Shown here in pieces: positions 24,733 to 25,037 of a DNA stretch of 25,037 bases; position 1 is the first letter of the stretch; every line of letters starts with the position of its first letter. The DNA comes from a virus (Duplodnaviria > Caudoviricetes). The position numbers and the translations under genes are program-made. The stretch spans positions 1 to 25,037 of IMG/VR virus record IMGVR_UViG_3300044670_001237; one strand, 5' to 3'. Below the pieces are notes generated by a model. That model made no database searches, was not told where the DNA came from, and worked only from the letters and a program-made list of their open reading frames with translations.

Positions 24733-25037
24733 TGTTGCATATCCTTTTTAGCAAGATGCTTGGCCAACGCAGCAGCTGATTTAGAGGCGCCACTGGCATC
24801 CTTCTTCACACCAGTAGGTTTTTTCCATCCCATTTTTACATTGTGTTGAGCAGCAGCCTTTTTCATAAAACTTCTACGCTTTTTTAACTTTGATGGATCT
24901 TTACCATCAGGATCAGAAACATCATCATAGGCCTTATTCCAATAGTTATATAACTTGTCGGCCGATTGTTCACTCTTTACCTTACGTCTTTTCTGCAAAG
25001 GAGACATAATGCGTTTTAGTTTACCATCACGATCTCG
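24729..25037 (-). CDS. Basic protein, 5' end outside the window
   Basis: The frame stays open from 25007 to the window edge (RDRDGKLKRI-MSPLQ...). Confidence 0.6.
   Translation of the reverse strand, partial: RDRDGKLKRIMSPLQKRRKVKSEQSADKLYNYWNKAYDDVSDPDGKDPSKLKKRRSFMKKAAAQHNVKMGWKKPTGVKKDASGASKSAAALAKHLAKKDMQQ

Noticed and set aside
532-24751. All + strand ORFs in the track (e.g. 8144..8524, 22355..22795, 3663..3992)
   Set aside because: They are antisense shadows of well-supported - strand genes, with no recognisable motifs.
1-25037. tRNA, rRNA, CRISPR array, IS element, stop-codon recoding
   Set aside because: None seen. Intergenic gaps are too short, and genes end in TAA, TAG and TGA under the standard code.

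Overview
This window is a 25 kb segment of a T4-like (myovirus-type) bacteriophage genome, probably from an aquatic or marine virus (inference). Essentially all genes are on the - strand, tightly packed with ATGA-type overlaps. Read in the direction of transcription (right to left) it contains: (1) putative virion or late genes, including a modular 428 aa Glu-motif protein; (2) an overlapping i-spanin/o-spanin pair; (3) a monomeric class II (B12-dependent) ribonucleotide reductase; (4) a Zn-ribbon protein, a GIY-YIG nuclease, an SNase-like nuclease, T4-type RNase H and PhoH; (5) a 6.6 kb coupled cluster of 10 glycosyltransferase and methyltransferase genes; (6) two cassettes of small early-type genes, each behind a shared promoter motif, including a stand-alone LigA domain-Ia protein and an HExxH peptidase; (7) gp33 and a truncated gp32. 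The most notable items are the glycan-building operon, two RNA-structure translation or transcription switches (a late promoter inside a terminator before the GIY-YIG gene, and a hairpin between SD and ATG before the phoH operon), a repeat-bounded modular protein, and apparent over-representation of GATC and GGCC. All product calls rest on motif recognition by eye; no database searches were run.
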